From the NCBI GenBank assembly GCA_044225505.1, contig JBGAIN010000007.1:62001-124523 (forward strand): a DNA stretch of 62,523 bases, written 5' to 3'. A model generated the notes under the pieces. It made no database searches and was not told the origin of the DNA. It saw only the letters and a list, made by a program, of their open reading frames with translations. Positions within the stretch are counted from its first letter, which is position 1. Each line of letters opens with the position of its first letter. Origin of the DNA: Limisphaerales bacterium. Lineage in GTDB: Bacteria; Verrucomicrobiota; Verrucomicrobiia; Limisphaerales; SIBE01. Shown here piece by piece: positions 1-11,200 of this stretch. The position numbers and the translations under genes were made by a program.

Positions 1-141
1 CAACGCAACAATCCAAGCTCCGAAACCCGCACCGCGGGAATGGAGTGGACACGACTTTGCTTTGCGCTGTTTCCAGAGGGTCGATGCGCCAATCAAAGCA
101 AACGCGACCGCCGAAATGAGGAGACCAGCACGAATGTCCAC
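1..141 (-). CDS. Possible 5' end of a membrane protein running off the left edge
   Basis: GTG at 141 opens a frame with no stop to position 1: MDIRAGLLISAVAFALIGASTLWKQRKAK..., a hydrophobic segment followed by basic residues. Only 47 codons are visible. Confidence 0.3.
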   Translation of the reverse strand, partial: MDIRAGLLISAVAFALIGASTLWKQRKAKSCPLHSRGAGFGAWIVAL

Positions 142-334
142 TAGATCTGTGGTCCGCTAGTTCTGTAGCGGCTCCAGGTCATTGCGCGCGAGCGCCCGGA
201 ACACCCGGTGGCTTCGCACCTGCCCAACCGCATCGGGTTTCCGTATCATGTGTGCATCGCAGATGCCGACCTCAGCGAGTTCGGCTTTGGAGAGCCGATC
301 TGCAATTGGGGTCGAGCCGGCCGGCCTCTGGCGA

Positions 335-1087
335 TCAAGATTTTCGGGCCGCCCAGTTGACGGCATTAGCCATGATCTTTTGCACGGGTTCGAGGTAGAA
401 GTCTTTATAAGTTTCGTGGCCGGGAACAAAGTAGAACATTCGTCCTTTGCCCAGACTCCAGCACAAGCCCAACCGCGTCGGTTCTTCCTTCCCGTCGGGA
501 TACACGTAGATGCCGTTCAATGGGACGGACTCGGGCGTCGGGACTTGGTACGGTTCGCTGTAGCGTTCGATGGCGGGAAGGGTGAATTCCTTAACGCCTT
601 TGACGATGGGATGAGTCGGGTCCTTGATGACGACCTTACATTTGCATCCATCATTCTCATAGGCAGCCCAACTGCAGGGAGTACCAAGAAGGCGTTTCGT
701 GGCCTTGGCAAAATGGGCGGAGTGAACGCCAATGTAACCCATGCCGCCTTCTTTGACGCGCTGCACAATCCGGGCGACATGCTCATCTTTGACATCGTTA
801 TGCTTCTTGTGGCCCCACCAAATCAGAACATCACATTCATCCAGAGAGGTCTGGCTGCAGCCTTGTTCGGGATCGCTCAAGGTGGCGACATCGATTGTCC
901 ATGCCGGAAGATTTTTGCGCAAGCCGTCGGCGATGGCGCTATTGATATCGTTGGGGTAGGCCTTGTCTTCCTGGGCGGTGCCTTCGGACCAGACCACCAC
1001 TCGCGGAGAGGCGGCTCGTGCCCGAGTCACGAGCAAAGAGCTGGCCGCAGCCATGGCAGTAACGCCGACAAAGGAACGACGATTCAT
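335..1087 (-). CDS. ThuA-like (trehalose utilization / class I glutamine amidotransferase-like fold) protein with Tat signal
   Basis: Start moved to ATG 1087 (MNRRSFVG, twin-arginine motif). ThuA-family motifs VVVWSE, DVLIWWGHKKH, GVHSAHFAK and GRMFYFVPGHETY. Confidence 0.85.
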   Translation of the reverse strand: MNRRSFVGVTAMAAASSLLVTRARAASPRVVVWSEGTAQEDKAYPNDINSAIADGLRKNLPAWTIDVATLSDPEQGCSQTSLDECDVLIWWGHKKHNDVKDEHVARIVQRVKEGGMGYIGVHSAHFAKATKRLLGTPCSWAAYENDGCKCKVVIKDPTHPIVKGVKEFTLPAIERYSEPYQVPTPESVPLNGIYVYPDGKEEPTRLGLCWSLGKGRMFYFVPGHETYKDFYLEPVQKIMANAVNWAARKS

Positions 1088-1605
1088 CACGGAACAAGGA
1101 CGATTCGTCCGGAGATCTAAAAGTGGGATACGCATTCTGGGAATAATGAATGCAGTCGCCGCTCAGGGCAAGAGCGATTCGGCCTGCACTTCATCGTTAA
1201 CAAAGAGCCGCTCTCTTCAAACCAGCGGCATCCCTTGGCGAGTGCGATTCGGCCTGGAGCCGTCTCCCTGGTTCATCGGGCGGTCCTTAAGAGTGACAGC
1301 GCTTGGCAGACTGGGTTGACGAACCCTTTTAGTGGCCGGCCAAATCGCGGCATCATGAACCCTCGCCATAAACAAGCTCGGGCCAATATGCCTGGCAGCA
1401 CCGGGTTTTCCATTGGCCGCAGCTGCCAGAGCTCCACTGCGGGCCAGCGCGATTTCCTGGCACACCGTGTTCCTGCGCTTGGTGTCGTCCCGAGAGTCTA
1501 GTACGAACAACGGACTGGCGACTCGATGATGGGAACAGTTCATAGCCTCTTCGCCGCCCTCCAGTCGCCAGCCGCCCTCCGCTCGCCAAGGGATATGCGG
1601 AAACT

Positions 1606-2022
1606 CTACTCAGCATCCCGTCTCAGTCGCCCTTTCATATCCAGGTAGGCTGTCTCAATTAACTTCCTAAGCGCGATCGCGTTCACGTCGGATTCCGGCC
1701 TGAGTTTCACATGGCGCATGAACTTGCCATTGCCCTCTAACAAACCCTCAGGATCGGCGAGCTCCGCCCCGCGAAAGAATCCGATATTAACGTGCGCTTT
1801 GAACACATTGACGTAGCCGAATGCGGCATCAGTGACACACGCCGTTGGGTGGCCATCATGCAACAACTCTCGGACGTCTCCTCCACAAGCGCGCATTATC
1901 TCGAACCAGTCTTGTGCCATCACCGCCAGTCTACCGGAGTGCTTCTGCATCCAGACGTCAATGGCCGGGTCTCGCTTGACGGCTTGGGCGAATCGAAAAA
2001 GTTGGCTCACGGGCGCTTTCAT
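1606..2022 (-). CDS. DUF1801 (YdhG-like) domain protein
   Basis: Motifs ELLHDGHPTACV, FKAHVNIGFFRGAELADPEGLLEGNGKFMRHVKL match my recollection of DUF1801. Start set at ATG 2022. Confidence 0.8.
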   Translation of the reverse strand: MKAPVSQLFRFAQAVKRDPAIDVWMQKHSGRLAVMAQDWFEIMRACGGDVRELLHDGHPTACVTDAAFGYVNVFKAHVNIGFFRGAELADPEGLLEGNGKFMRHVKLRPESDVNAIALRKLIETAYLDMKGRLRRDAE

Positions 2023-2136
2023 GTCGATGGCATCGGCTGGGGCGTAGAACCTCGACTGCCGCCCACGCCCGATCGGCACGTTCGCGGCAGCATAACGAGT
2101 GAGTTTTCAAGCAACGAAGGTGCGCGCGAGTGATGC

Positions 2137-2427
2137 TCACACAGAAGGTGGCGAACTGGAGGGAGGCGTTCCTGAAACGCCAGCTGCAATATCACGGTGG
2201 ATTCTCTGGAACAAATCATCCCGCAGCTCAACCCTTGATTTCACCAAGGCCCCTGGGTTAAGCCCCAGCTTGTCGCCAGCCATGAACAACGTGCCTTGGA
2301 CGGCACCGACTTCGGCTCGCAGCAAACAGAGTTGCTCCAAAACAACGTTGAGAATCCGTGCTTGCCCGTCTGGATGGAGGAGAGGATTCAATTCTCCCGT
2401 TGGAATAAAACTCATAGCGTCAACCAT
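2137..2427 (-). CDS. Hypothetical protein, predicted helical
   Basis: 96-aa ORF with ordinary composition, co-oriented with its neighbours; no recognisable motif. Confidence 0.4.
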   Translation of the reverse strand: MVDAMSFIPTGELNPLLHPDGQARILNVVLEQLCLLRAEVGAVQGTLFMAGDKLGLNPGALVKSRVELRDDLFQRIHRDIAAGVSGTPPSSSPPSV

Positions 2428-2720
2428 TCATTCAATGAACGTCACGATCGAACGTTTGCTCAATGACGACACAGCGGATCGACTCAGATCTGGTCGAGCA
2501 CGCAGCAACTGCATTCTCAGTAATAGATCAATGTCTTCCATGGCGCAGGTAGCGAAGTATCGTCTCCTCAAATCCCCCACCCGGATGATTCTCGTGCACG
2601 GGCGGTTCGAACCACTCGTCATTGTCCCTTTGTCGACTGGCGGGGACCACGACGGCGTCAGCCCGCTCTGTCGGCAAGCCATGCTCCACCGTTAAGCAGC
2701 AAGGTTTCGCTGGTGCCATG

Positions 2721-5369
2721 TTACCTGACCTGGACCGTGTAGCGAAAGCAGTCTGCGGTCGCCCAATCCTGCGGATTTGGCTCCTGCCCGTAGGTGGTCA
2801 GGTAAAGGACCAACTCATGACTCCAACGGTCCTCCACGAGCGAGAAATTCGAAAACTGGATATCGCCCTGACCGAGTTGCCGATCGTCCAGTGCCGTCAC
2901 CGTGTTCCGTCGCAGGGCGGCCGCCGACTCATCCACCTCCGCAATGACCAAGGGGTAACGCGGTGAATTACCTACCGGCGGCGTCGCGCTGATGTTGCCC
3001 AACCAGTAAAGCTTGCCTGTCTGGCTGTGCCGCACCAAACGGTGAAACGACGACGGTGAATAGAAACTGGAGCCGTTGGAGTACTTCCATTCTGCTGGCG
3101 CCGTAAGCGTCCGGCCGTCATCCCGGGAGAGGCTGTAAAGCTTCCGGCCCGGCGCGGAAGCTGTTGTGCCGTCCCACCCCTGAGTTGATGCGCGCCACAC
3201 CACCAGCAATCGACCGTCCCTCAGGTCGGCGACTTCCGGCTCCATTAATCCGCGTGCGGAAATCTCAGGCGCAACTTCGACGCGCGCACCGGCTTGCCAC
3301 TGGTATTCCTGACTCGCACCGTCCCATTGACCCGAAAAACAGAGCGATCCCATCCGCCAGGGACGAGCGTTGTTCTTCGGATCTCCGGGAGCATTGGCGT
3401 GTGCCAGACAGACCACCAAAGTTCCGTTGGATCGGACCAGGATGTTGTTGCCTGGATAACCCTCGTTATGGTCGAGAAAGCCAGGTTGCAGCGGATTGCC
3501 TGGATCAAATGCCTCACCGGTTTCGTAGCGAAGCTGCCGCGCGTCACTCCACGTTCGGCCCTGATCGAGCGAGGTGCGGACATAAGTGAAATTGTGATAG
3601 GCACGGTTCACTTCTATTTGCCGAAGCCAAAGCTGAACCAACCGGCCGGACGCCGAATCATACGTGCCAACACTCTCTCCCTCCCAAACCGCAGTCCCTT
3701 GATAGAACACCTTGTTGGACGGCTGCACCGGAGCGAATGCCGACCAAGTGCGGCCATTGTCGCTGGACCAGCGCGCCTGGATCTCCTCACCCACATCGGA
3801 CTCCCGTTCATTTCCATGCACTTCACGTAACTGGAAACCCGGACCGACGTATTGGAGTGAAACCCAAGGGGCCACCCGGGGCGCGGCATGTTCCCGGTAA
3901 ACTTCTTTGCGGACCCATGCGATCGGCAGATTTGCTTTCCAGGGCACGGCGGAAGCTTCGTCCGCGTCGACCGACAAGACTCGGCGAATCCCCTCTAGCA
4001 AGCGGGCTTCGGAGCCCGGAGCTACCCACGACCAATCGCTCAAGTTTCCGTCATGCTCCGCGATGTGACGATCCGTCGGCACATACCCGGTCGCTCCTTC
4101 GCCATAACCAGCAACGAGGACAAACTGGTCAGGCCGCATCCTCTGCGCGGCGAGCTGGAATTCGACATATGACTCGCCAGGCAGCAAGAGCCATTGGGCG
4201 ATACCGAGGTCCAAGCAAGGGATCGCGACCCTGTGCCCCGCGTCCGCGCGCTTTCGCCAACTCAAGCCCATCGCGGCCAGACATCGCCGAAACGGGCGCG
4301 ACGGGTTGGCAATTTCCCTATCCAGGTCGCTCACGGTGAAACCAGGATCGTCACGTGGCTCCAGGCGAACCCGCTCGACGCGGAAGTCCGCACGCGTGAG
4401 CGGTGCGCGCCGGGTTGAAGTCCAGGCTTTGACCATGGCCTGATACAATCGTTCAGCGAGTGCCGGCCGATTCGTGGTTGCTCCCGTATTGTATTTGCCG
4501 GCGACCAGGTTACCAGCGCAGCCACTGACATAGATCTGCTTGACCTCGGGCAGGTCCCGTTGCCGACGACGGCGTGCCAGCCCGGGGAAATCTGCCGACA
4601 CCTCCCCCTTGCCATAGTAGCTCATGGGATGCACGGCGTAAGCGCTCACCGCCGCGATCGGGACATCTCCATCCCAGAAACTGAGCGTCTTCAACCACGG
4701 GTCGATCAGATTCTCCGGCGCGTCCCGGGCAACCGGATCCTGTGTCGCACTCATGCGATCGAAACGCACTGAGCCGTCCGGCCTGGTATAGCGGCGGTTC
4801 GACGCCACGCGTTCGACGGGCGCTTGGCCAACACCCACGTGTGTGACGCTTCGCGCCGAGGCCAGGGAGGCCAGGAGGGCTTGAGCAACTCGCTGAACGG
4901 CAATTTCGTGAAAGGCGGGGTCGCAGACGGTTTCAGACACCTGACGCTCGCGCAGAATTCGCTCCGCTCCCAGGTCGGCCACCGGCGCATCATGCTGATG
5001 AACCGTGGAAACCATCACTCGCTCGGAATCTGTGCCAGCCGCCTGCGCCAGGGCCTGTTGCCAGCGTTCTAAGGCGTCATTTCGAATCTCACACCAGTCC
5101 ACCGCGACATAGACCACCGGCTTTCCCGGTCCCATCAAGACAAGGCCGTGCGCTTCCAGAGGGTCAGCAACTGTTTTTGAGAGCCAGGCTCCGCCCATCA
5201 TGCCGTGCCCGGCGGGCACGGTGACGTCAGCGGAGAATGTCGATAACCTAAACGGCGGCGTGGCTTTGTTGATCCCGCTCCCCGGTTCCTGTGCGAAGAG
5301 GACGGTCGATCCACAGAACACCGCGATCATCAGAATCGGGACCTGTGCGCGCATTTCTCGAATATGCAT
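2721..5369 (-). CDS. Secreted two-domain protein: neutral/alkaline ceramidase-like N-terminal domain plus Asp-box (BNR) sialidase-like propeller
   Basis: Signal peptide. N-half has FSADVT...ADPLEAHG, VDWCEI, STVHQHDAP, YAVHPMSYYG and LPGESYVEFQ. C-half has Asp boxes SSDNGRTW, SLDQGRTW and SRDDGRTL. Confidence 0.7.
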   Translation of the reverse strand: MHIREMRAQVPILMIAVFCGSTVLFAQEPGSGINKATPPFRLSTFSADVTVPAGHGMMGGAWLSKTVADPLEAHGLVLMGPGKPVVYVAVDWCEIRNDALERWQQALAQAAGTDSERVMVSTVHQHDAPVADLGAERILRERQVSETVCDPAFHEIAVQRVAQALLASLASARSVTHVGVGQAPVERVASNRRYTRPDGSVRFDRMSATQDPVARDAPENLIDPWLKTLSFWDGDVPIAAVSAYAVHPMSYYGKGEVSADFPGLARRRRQRDLPEVKQIYVSGCAGNLVAGKYNTGATTNRPALAERLYQAMVKAWTSTRRAPLTRADFRVERVRLEPRDDPGFTVSDLDREIANPSRPFRRCLAAMGLSWRKRADAGHRVAIPCLDLGIAQWLLLPGESYVEFQLAAQRMRPDQFVLVAGYGEGATGYVPTDRHIAEHDGNLSDWSWVAPGSEARLLEGIRRVLSVDADEASAVPWKANLPIAWVRKEVYREHAAPRVAPWVSLQYVGPGFQLREVHGNERESDVGEEIQARWSSDNGRTWSAFAPVQPSNKVFYQGTAVWEGESVGTYDSASGRLVQLWLRQIEVNRAYHNFTYVRTSLDQGRTWSDARQLRYETGEAFDPGNPLQPGFLDHNEGYPGNNILVRSNGTLVVCLAHANAPGDPKNNARPWRMGSLCFSGQWDGASQEYQWQAGARVEVAPEISARGLMEPEVADLRDGRLLVVWRASTQGWDGTTASAPGRKLYSLSRDDGRTLTAPAEWKYSNGSSFYSPSSFHRLVRHSQTGKLYWLGNISATPPVGNSPRYPLVIAEVDESAAALRRNTVTALDDRQLGQGDIQFSNFSLVEDRWSHELVLYLTTYGQEPNPQDWATADCFRYTVQVR

Positions 5370-5543
5370 CGGTATCGTCTCCAGTCGCCGAGAGATTATT
5401 CCTTTCCCGGAGCCCTAAAGAACATTTTAACCCGGCTCCGGAGTCATGACCAATTGCTCACGGACAGCGAGCGCAGCAAAAATCCTTCGCAGCAGCTCAT
5501 GGCCCCGGGGGAACGCGACCTGCCACGACACCCGTGCCGCTGG

Positions 5544-6740
5544 CTATTTGATGCCGGTGGTTCGCACCTCTAGCGTCGGCATGGGCGGCAGTTGGTGCGC
5601 CGGCTTATCCAGGTAAAAGTAGGCTGTTCCGCAGTAATCGTCCTGACGGTAGAAGTTGACCCAGCCCTCAGCAAGACTCGGATCGTCCAAGCTCGGTGCA
5701 TTGGGCTCGAGCAATTTCGTGAACTTGCCGTTAAGATCCACCGAAACTGGAATTACGGGCAACCCGCGTTTAACAAACTCCCGGACTTTGGCGGCACCAG
5801 TTCCGCCAATCTCTTGGATTGTCACCTTCAGATCCTTTTCAAAATACACCGGGTCAGGAATGTGGAATCGGTAGAAGGCCCACCGGCGGTGGGGAGCGTC
5901 TGCTACGGAGCAGCCCTGATAGCGGTTAAAAAACTTGCCCAGGCCCCAGGCGGTGCCGATGTAATCCTCCGTGCCCGTGCCAGCGATGGTAGGATGCTGG
6001 TCGTCCCCGTCCAAAAACATTTTCACTTCGCCTTCGCCCCACCAACTCTCCGCATAATCGGGATTGCTCAGAACGCCCACGTTAACTCCGAGCAACCGGC
6101 CTCGACCCGTGACATGCGGCAAGATCTGGTAATCCTCACCCAATGGAGTCCGCACCTGGCGGTTCCAGTAGCAGTGGAAGTAGAGCGAATCCTTGGGCAG
6201 TGCGTCGACCGTCTCGAAATCGACGTCATAAAAGAGGTGCGGCAGGTGTTTGCTAGACTCATTACGCAGGACAATGCGAGCTGACCTGTGAAACGGCATT
6301 GGGATGTTGCAGTTGAACGAACGGCCTTCCGGGTTGGACACAATTGCGCTCTCGAAGGCGCATAGTTGACCGTGCGCAATCCCGAAGAAATCGCCGAGCG
6401 GAGCGAGTACAGCGGGAGTGGCTTCGCCGTCCCAATACGCGGCCAAGGTGAGGGACCGGACCATTTCGGGGCTGCGATCACTGATCGTCATCCAAACACG
6501 CCGAATGATGCCACTGCCGTTGTATTCCATCAAAGTGACGGATTGACCAGCTTTGAGGGACCCAAAAGCGTGGCCCTTGGCACTCTTATTCTCACGTCCC
6601 GCACCGCCTTTCTCCGACTTCGGATTCTCGAAGCTCGCCCAGCGCGGAGCTCTGCCCACGCCAGCCTGGAACAATTCCTGCCCTCCTGCGGAAAGGACGA
6701 CGGCGAGCAGGAGACCTGCCGTTCGAGCGCATTGTATCAT
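5544..6740 (-). CDS. DUF2961 / GH172-family glycoside hydrolase, secreted
   Basis: Start ATG 6740 with signal peptide (MIQCARTAGLLLAVVLSAGG). Motifs SFENP, YWDGE...PLGDFFG, WWGEGEVKMFLDGD, GTGTEDY and YRFHIPDPVYF. Confidence 0.85.
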   Translation of the reverse strand: MIQCARTAGLLLAVVLSAGGQELFQAGVGRAPRWASFENPKSEKGGAGRENKSAKGHAFGSLKAGQSVTLMEYNGSGIIRRVWMTISDRSPEMVRSLTLAAYWDGEATPAVLAPLGDFFGIAHGQLCAFESAIVSNPEGRSFNCNIPMPFHRSARIVLRNESSKHLPHLFYDVDFETVDALPKDSLYFHCYWNRQVRTPLGEDYQILPHVTGRGRLLGVNVGVLSNPDYAESWWGEGEVKMFLDGDDQHPTIAGTGTEDYIGTAWGLGKFFNRYQGCSVADAPHRRWAFYRFHIPDPVYFEKDLKVTIQEIGGTGAAKVREFVKRGLPVIPVSVDLNGKFTKLLEPNAPSLDDPSLAEGWVNFYRQDDYCGTAYFYLDKPAHQLPPMPTLEVRTTGIK

Positions 6741-6967
6741 GGTGAAGCGAGTTTGAAGACCGAACGTGGCATAATCAAGAGACAACCCAATGCGTCTGGT
6801 GAATGTTGTCCGCTGGTATCTGCCGGGCGATACGGGCCGCAACCAGGTCGAAGACCAACCGCGGAACCTAACTTCGTTTTGGCAGGCGGATCGCTCTCTG
6901 ACCGTCGCCAGTGCCAAGGGTTCATGCACAATCCGCCTTCCTTCGTTCTCCCCTGGTTTGCCCGCTC

Positions 6968-7013
6968 CTCACAGCTTGGTCACAGCTTAGTCACAGCGTC
7001 ACAAGGCTGTGAG
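6968..7013. repeat. 11-bp-period array of TCACAGC with an inverted copy
   Basis: TCACAGC at 6969, 6980 and 6991, partial TCACA at 6999, inverted GCTGTGA at 7006-7012. Confidence 0.75.
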
Positions 7014-7160
7014 CAAGCTCTTACCACGCTGTTAGGAAGCTGTCCGCTCCGAAGCATCTGCGCGGGAGCGACCTGCGAGGCCGCTATCTCTGGTCCGTCG
7101 CGGCGTCGAACAAGGCCGCCGGAAACCAGCATGTCCCTGCATCCTTCTGGGGCAAAGCCA

Positions 7161-7203
7161 GTTGCGATCCGTCAACAATTTGCGGACAATGTGTGAGACA
7201 AAT
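7161..7203 (+). promoter_or_regulatory. Non-coding motif CGTCnnCAATTTG-N8-GTGTGAGACA shared with 54274-54322
   Basis: TCCGTCAACAATTTGCGGACAATGTGTGAGACA aligns to 54277-54322 in both orientations. Confidence 0.5.
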
Positions 7204-7377
7204 CGCCAGCCGCTTTACCGCCTTCGGGAATACGCTGGCCCCAGAGGATCATTCGCTGGTGACAATTCGTCACCACGTATAGTTATCCATCAACGGTGCC
7301 CGAGACACGCAACCGCCGCGACTCGCGAGAACCGGTTTGATCTCTTTAATCGTCTGCGGGCGGGAATTCCCGGACGC

Positions 7378-7450
7378 TGAGAACCCGGTCAGAACCGTAT
7401 GAGAACCCTATGAGACCCCTATCGCCATCCTGTTCTCATCCTGTTCTCAT
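7378..7450. repeat. 11-bp-period mirror array of TGAGAAC
   Basis: TGAGAAC 7378, TCAGAAC 7389, TGAGAAC 7400, TGAGACC 7411, then inverted GTTCTCA at 7432 and 7443. Confidence 0.85.
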
Positions 7451-7823
7451 CGGGTTTGGAATGGGTCTAGAACGAAGGTGGGGGGGTATCCACGCACGTT
7501 TCCTCCAAACGGCAGGCTAACGACGTGGGTCGAGTGTCGAAAAGGGGTTATCCGTACGTAGCGCGCTCTCGCGGACAATCTTCGACCGTCGGGGAGCGGG
7601 CCGTTTGCCGCGGAGTTCTGGTTTTCTACGTAATCCAGCTTCTTAAGATCACCAGCCAAGTCGGGGACCAGTCAGGGCCAAAAACTTCCTCGACCGAGCG
7701 ATTCGATTTATGGAAAGGTTCGCTAGTCACCAGATGCTGTGAGGTTAGAAATGATACGACGTTTTCGAATGGAGATGCCGCGGCCCAACGCCACTGCCCC
7801 GTGTCTCTAGGCCTTTGATTCCC

Positions 7824-8177
7824 ATGACAACCAAACATCGCATTCTTACAACGAGCTTTGCTAGCGTCTATCCTCTTTATGTCGCCAAAGCGGAAAAGAA
7901 GGGGCGAAAAAAGTCAGAAGTGGATGCCGTCATTTGCTGGCTCACCGGCTACAGTCAGAAGGAGTTGGAAGCACAATTGAAAAAGCAGACCGGTTTTGAA
8001 ACCTTTTTCCAGGAAGCTCCGCGGATGAATCCTTCCCGCGTGTTGATCAAGGGTGTGGTGTGTGGCGTCCGCGTCGAAGAGGTCCCAGATCCGACCATGC
8101 GGGAAATTCGCTACCTGGACAAACTTGTCGACGAACTCGCCAAGGGTAAGGCGATGGAAAAAATTCTAAGAAGTTGA
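7824..8177 (+). CDS. DUF2200 family protein
   Basis: [30 protein letters not shown] and [18 protein letters not shown] are typical of DUF2200. ATG at 7824. Confidence 0.9.
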   Translation: MTTKHRILTTSFASVYPLYVAKAEKKGRKKSEVDAVICWLTGYSQKELEAQLKKQTGFETFFQEAPRMNPSRVLIKGVVCGVRVEEVPDPTMREIRYLDKLVDELAKGKAMEKILRS

Positions 8178-8299
8178 CCTGGTCCCTCCCGCGGAATTAT
8201 GCGACGCAGCCCGTGCGACGTCGACGAGGCAACCGAAGTGGCGGCATTGTGACGCTTCGAGCAATAGCTCACTTATTGAGGATGTCCACCGGGGGTATG

Positions 8300-11200
8300 T
8301 CAGGCGCTTTTGGTCCGTGGCTTCCCCGCCCGCAACACACGCAGGGAGAATCCGCGTCCATTCTCGAACGGCTCGACGGTTGCAGTGACCTCGAGCACCG
8401 GATAGCGAACGGTGGCCAGACCGTAGCTGCGATACGTCGGCGCGAATAGCTCGGTTTCGACCATGCCCGTCCAGTCGGCCAAAGTCAGGAACTTCATCGG
8501 CTCGCCCGTGACCTGGTGGTGGATGCGCTGCTCGATGATGAGGCCGCACGTGACCAACTCTTCGCCAAGGTGCTCGCCCAGCCGGTTCACGGGGCAGTAG
8601 GTGTTCCAGTCAACGTCATCATGAAGTTCCAGCGGATGACCACTCGCCGCGAAGTCGAGCAATTCTGTTTCCCATTCCAGACGCTGGCGTCGGGTCGGTT
8701 CCTGTAACGGGATCGAGGGGAGTCGATCGGTCGCGGGCGGAGGTAAGAGCCAGCCTTGGCCCGGTTCGGCGCTGTGAGAGAACGCCTGATGCAGGTGGCG
8801 CGACTCCCAGAACTGCGCGGTACGAGTTTTGCCGAAACTGTCGAACGCGCCTACCCGGATCATTGCCTCCATCTCGTCTTGGGTTGGAATGAGGCGTCGA
8901 TAGAAATCCGAGAGAGACGTGAACGGGCCTCGCTCGCGTTCCTTGAGAATGCGGGCGATCAAACGCTCAGTCAGACCCTTCACCCGGACGAGCGGGACGC
9001 GAATTGACTGTCCTTCCACTAAGAATTGAGGGCCAGGACTGTTCACGGATGGAGGCAGGATCGGTATGCCTAAGCGGTGGCATTCCAGGATGTAGACCAG
9101 CGGGCTATAAAAGCCTTTCCCATTGCTCAAGACGCCAGCCATGAACTCGACCGGGTAGTAGTGCTTTAGCCAGGCGCTCTGATACGCCTCCACCCCGTAG
9201 GCCGTGCTGTGGGCCTTGCAGAACGCGTAGCCAGCGAACCCGCTCACCAAGCCCCAAACCTCAGCGATCTTCTGTTCGTCGTGGCCACGTGACTGAGCGC
9301 AAGCGTAGAACTCTTGGTGAATCTGTTCGATGATCAGCTCGCAATTCCGAGAGAGAGCCCGGCGCAATACGTCGGCCCGTCCCGGCGGCAGTCCCGCGAA
9401 GGCTTCACAGACTTGCAGGATATGCTCTTCGTAGACGACCAGCCCAAACGTGCTCTTGAGACACCCCGCCAGCGAGGGGTGCGGGTAAGTCACCGGTTCC
9501 AGTCCTTGGTAACGGCGGGCAAAGGCTTGCTTCTTACCCTCATTGGCCGCACCCGGGCGGATAACGCTGACGATGGCGATCAGGCCATCGATGTCCTGGA
9601 CGTTGCATTGGCGACACAGCCCGATCATGGCCGGAGACTCGATATGATGGACGGCACGAGAGCCTCCGTCAGCGATCATCGCCCAGACACCCCCGTCCGT
9701 CCAAGGCTCCAGGCCCACGAGGTCGACCTCGATCCCCCGCCGGGCGAGCGAGTGTTTGGTGTCGCGCATCGCCGCCAGCCCCCCCTGTGCCAGGATGTCA
9801 ATCTTCACCAACCCGATCACCTCCACCGCATCCATGTCGAAATGGGTGGTCGGATAGCCTTTGTTCGACGTGAAAGTCGGCGTCAGTTCCGACATTGGCT
9901 GACGAGAAAGCACGACCCCACAAGGATGCATCTTCGGATAGCGCGGCAACCCGTCGAGAAACTCAGCCATTAGGATCGCCGTCCGATAGGGTTCTTCATC
10001 CAGGGGGAGATCACGGTTGGCGGGGTTGGCTTTAAGCAACTCCATCAGTCCAGGCCTGCGACTCGGCGCAGGCTGGCCTGGAACCCAGCCGCCGCCAAAG
10101 CTCCAGGGGAAATGGTCCGTGAACTTACGCACCTCGCGCTCGGCTACCCCAAGCACCTTGGCAACCTCGGCGAACGCGCTTCGGGCCTGGAAGGTGGAAA
10201 AGCCACCGACGACAGCTGTGTTCGCAGAGCCGTACTTCTGAAACATCAGCTTGACCACGTCGTCTTTTCGGTCGTGTGCGAAGTCGATGTCGATGTCCGG
10301 GAGCTTTTTCATCGCCATCCGCTCTTTGTTAAGAAAGCGCCGAAAGTAAAGGTCGAAGCGGATTGGGCACACATCCGAAATGCCCAAGCAATAACAGACG
10401 AGCGAGTCCGCGGCGCTACCTCGCGTGATCCACTGGATGCCCCGCCGTCGACATTCCTGGAGAATGTCCCACACCACGAGGAAATATTCCTCATAGCCTA
10501 CCTCAGCGATAATGGAGAGCTCCTCGAACAGCTGCGAAGTCAGATTTGGAGCGCGGTCGCCATAGCGACGTTGCAGGCCTTCCAGGACGAGCTTGCGCAG
10601 GAAGACGTGGGGTGCTGATCCATCGTCGGGCTTGAACGCGGGAAACTGCGGCGAGCCCATCCGCAACTCAAATGAGCAACGGTCGGCCAACTCGAAGGCG
10701 TGAGCCAGCACCTGGGGATACTCTTGAAAAAGATGGCTGATCTCTGCGGGCGACCGAAAGTGGAAATCTCCATTGAGCAGTTTTCCAGGATGCGCCTCTT
10801 GTAGCAAGGTGCGCGTGCGGATCGACTGAGCGATATTCCACTTCCAGCGGTCTTGGGGCTGAGCGTAGTGGACGGGCAGCACGGCAACGCACGGAGAGCC
10901 CAAAGCGGCTTTGACGTCCTTGGCGCTGGTAACCCCGTGATAAAAACGGTCGCCAAAGACCGGCCCCAGTCGAGCGTCTGGGGCGACCGCGATTAAGCTC
11001 TCATTCGCCTCGGCGAGCTGATCCAGGCCAATGCGCACCTGACGTTGCGCGGCGGCATCGCTCTCGTTATCCGCATGCCGCACTGTCGTAGACAGCAAGC
11101 GGCACAGGTTGCGGTAGCCGGTCGCATTCTCGACGTAAAGGCAGACGGTGCTGTCTTCGACCGGCACTGTCGCCCCTAGGATCGGCTTAATGCCAGCCGC

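Noticed and set aside
1136..1605. Several overlapping ORFs of 87-118 aa
   Set aside because: No motifs or convincing composition on either strand.
7378..7450. Array read as a CRISPR or as Verrucomicrobia SOS boxes (contains TGTTC)
   Set aside because: Units are 11 bp with no spacers and there are no cas genes. The TGTTC copies are direct repeats, not TGTTC-N4-GAACA.
7447..7838. Short minus-strand ORFs, one containing ARYVRIT (discoidin-like word)
   Set aside because: A single short word with no other domain features; may be chance or a decayed remnant.
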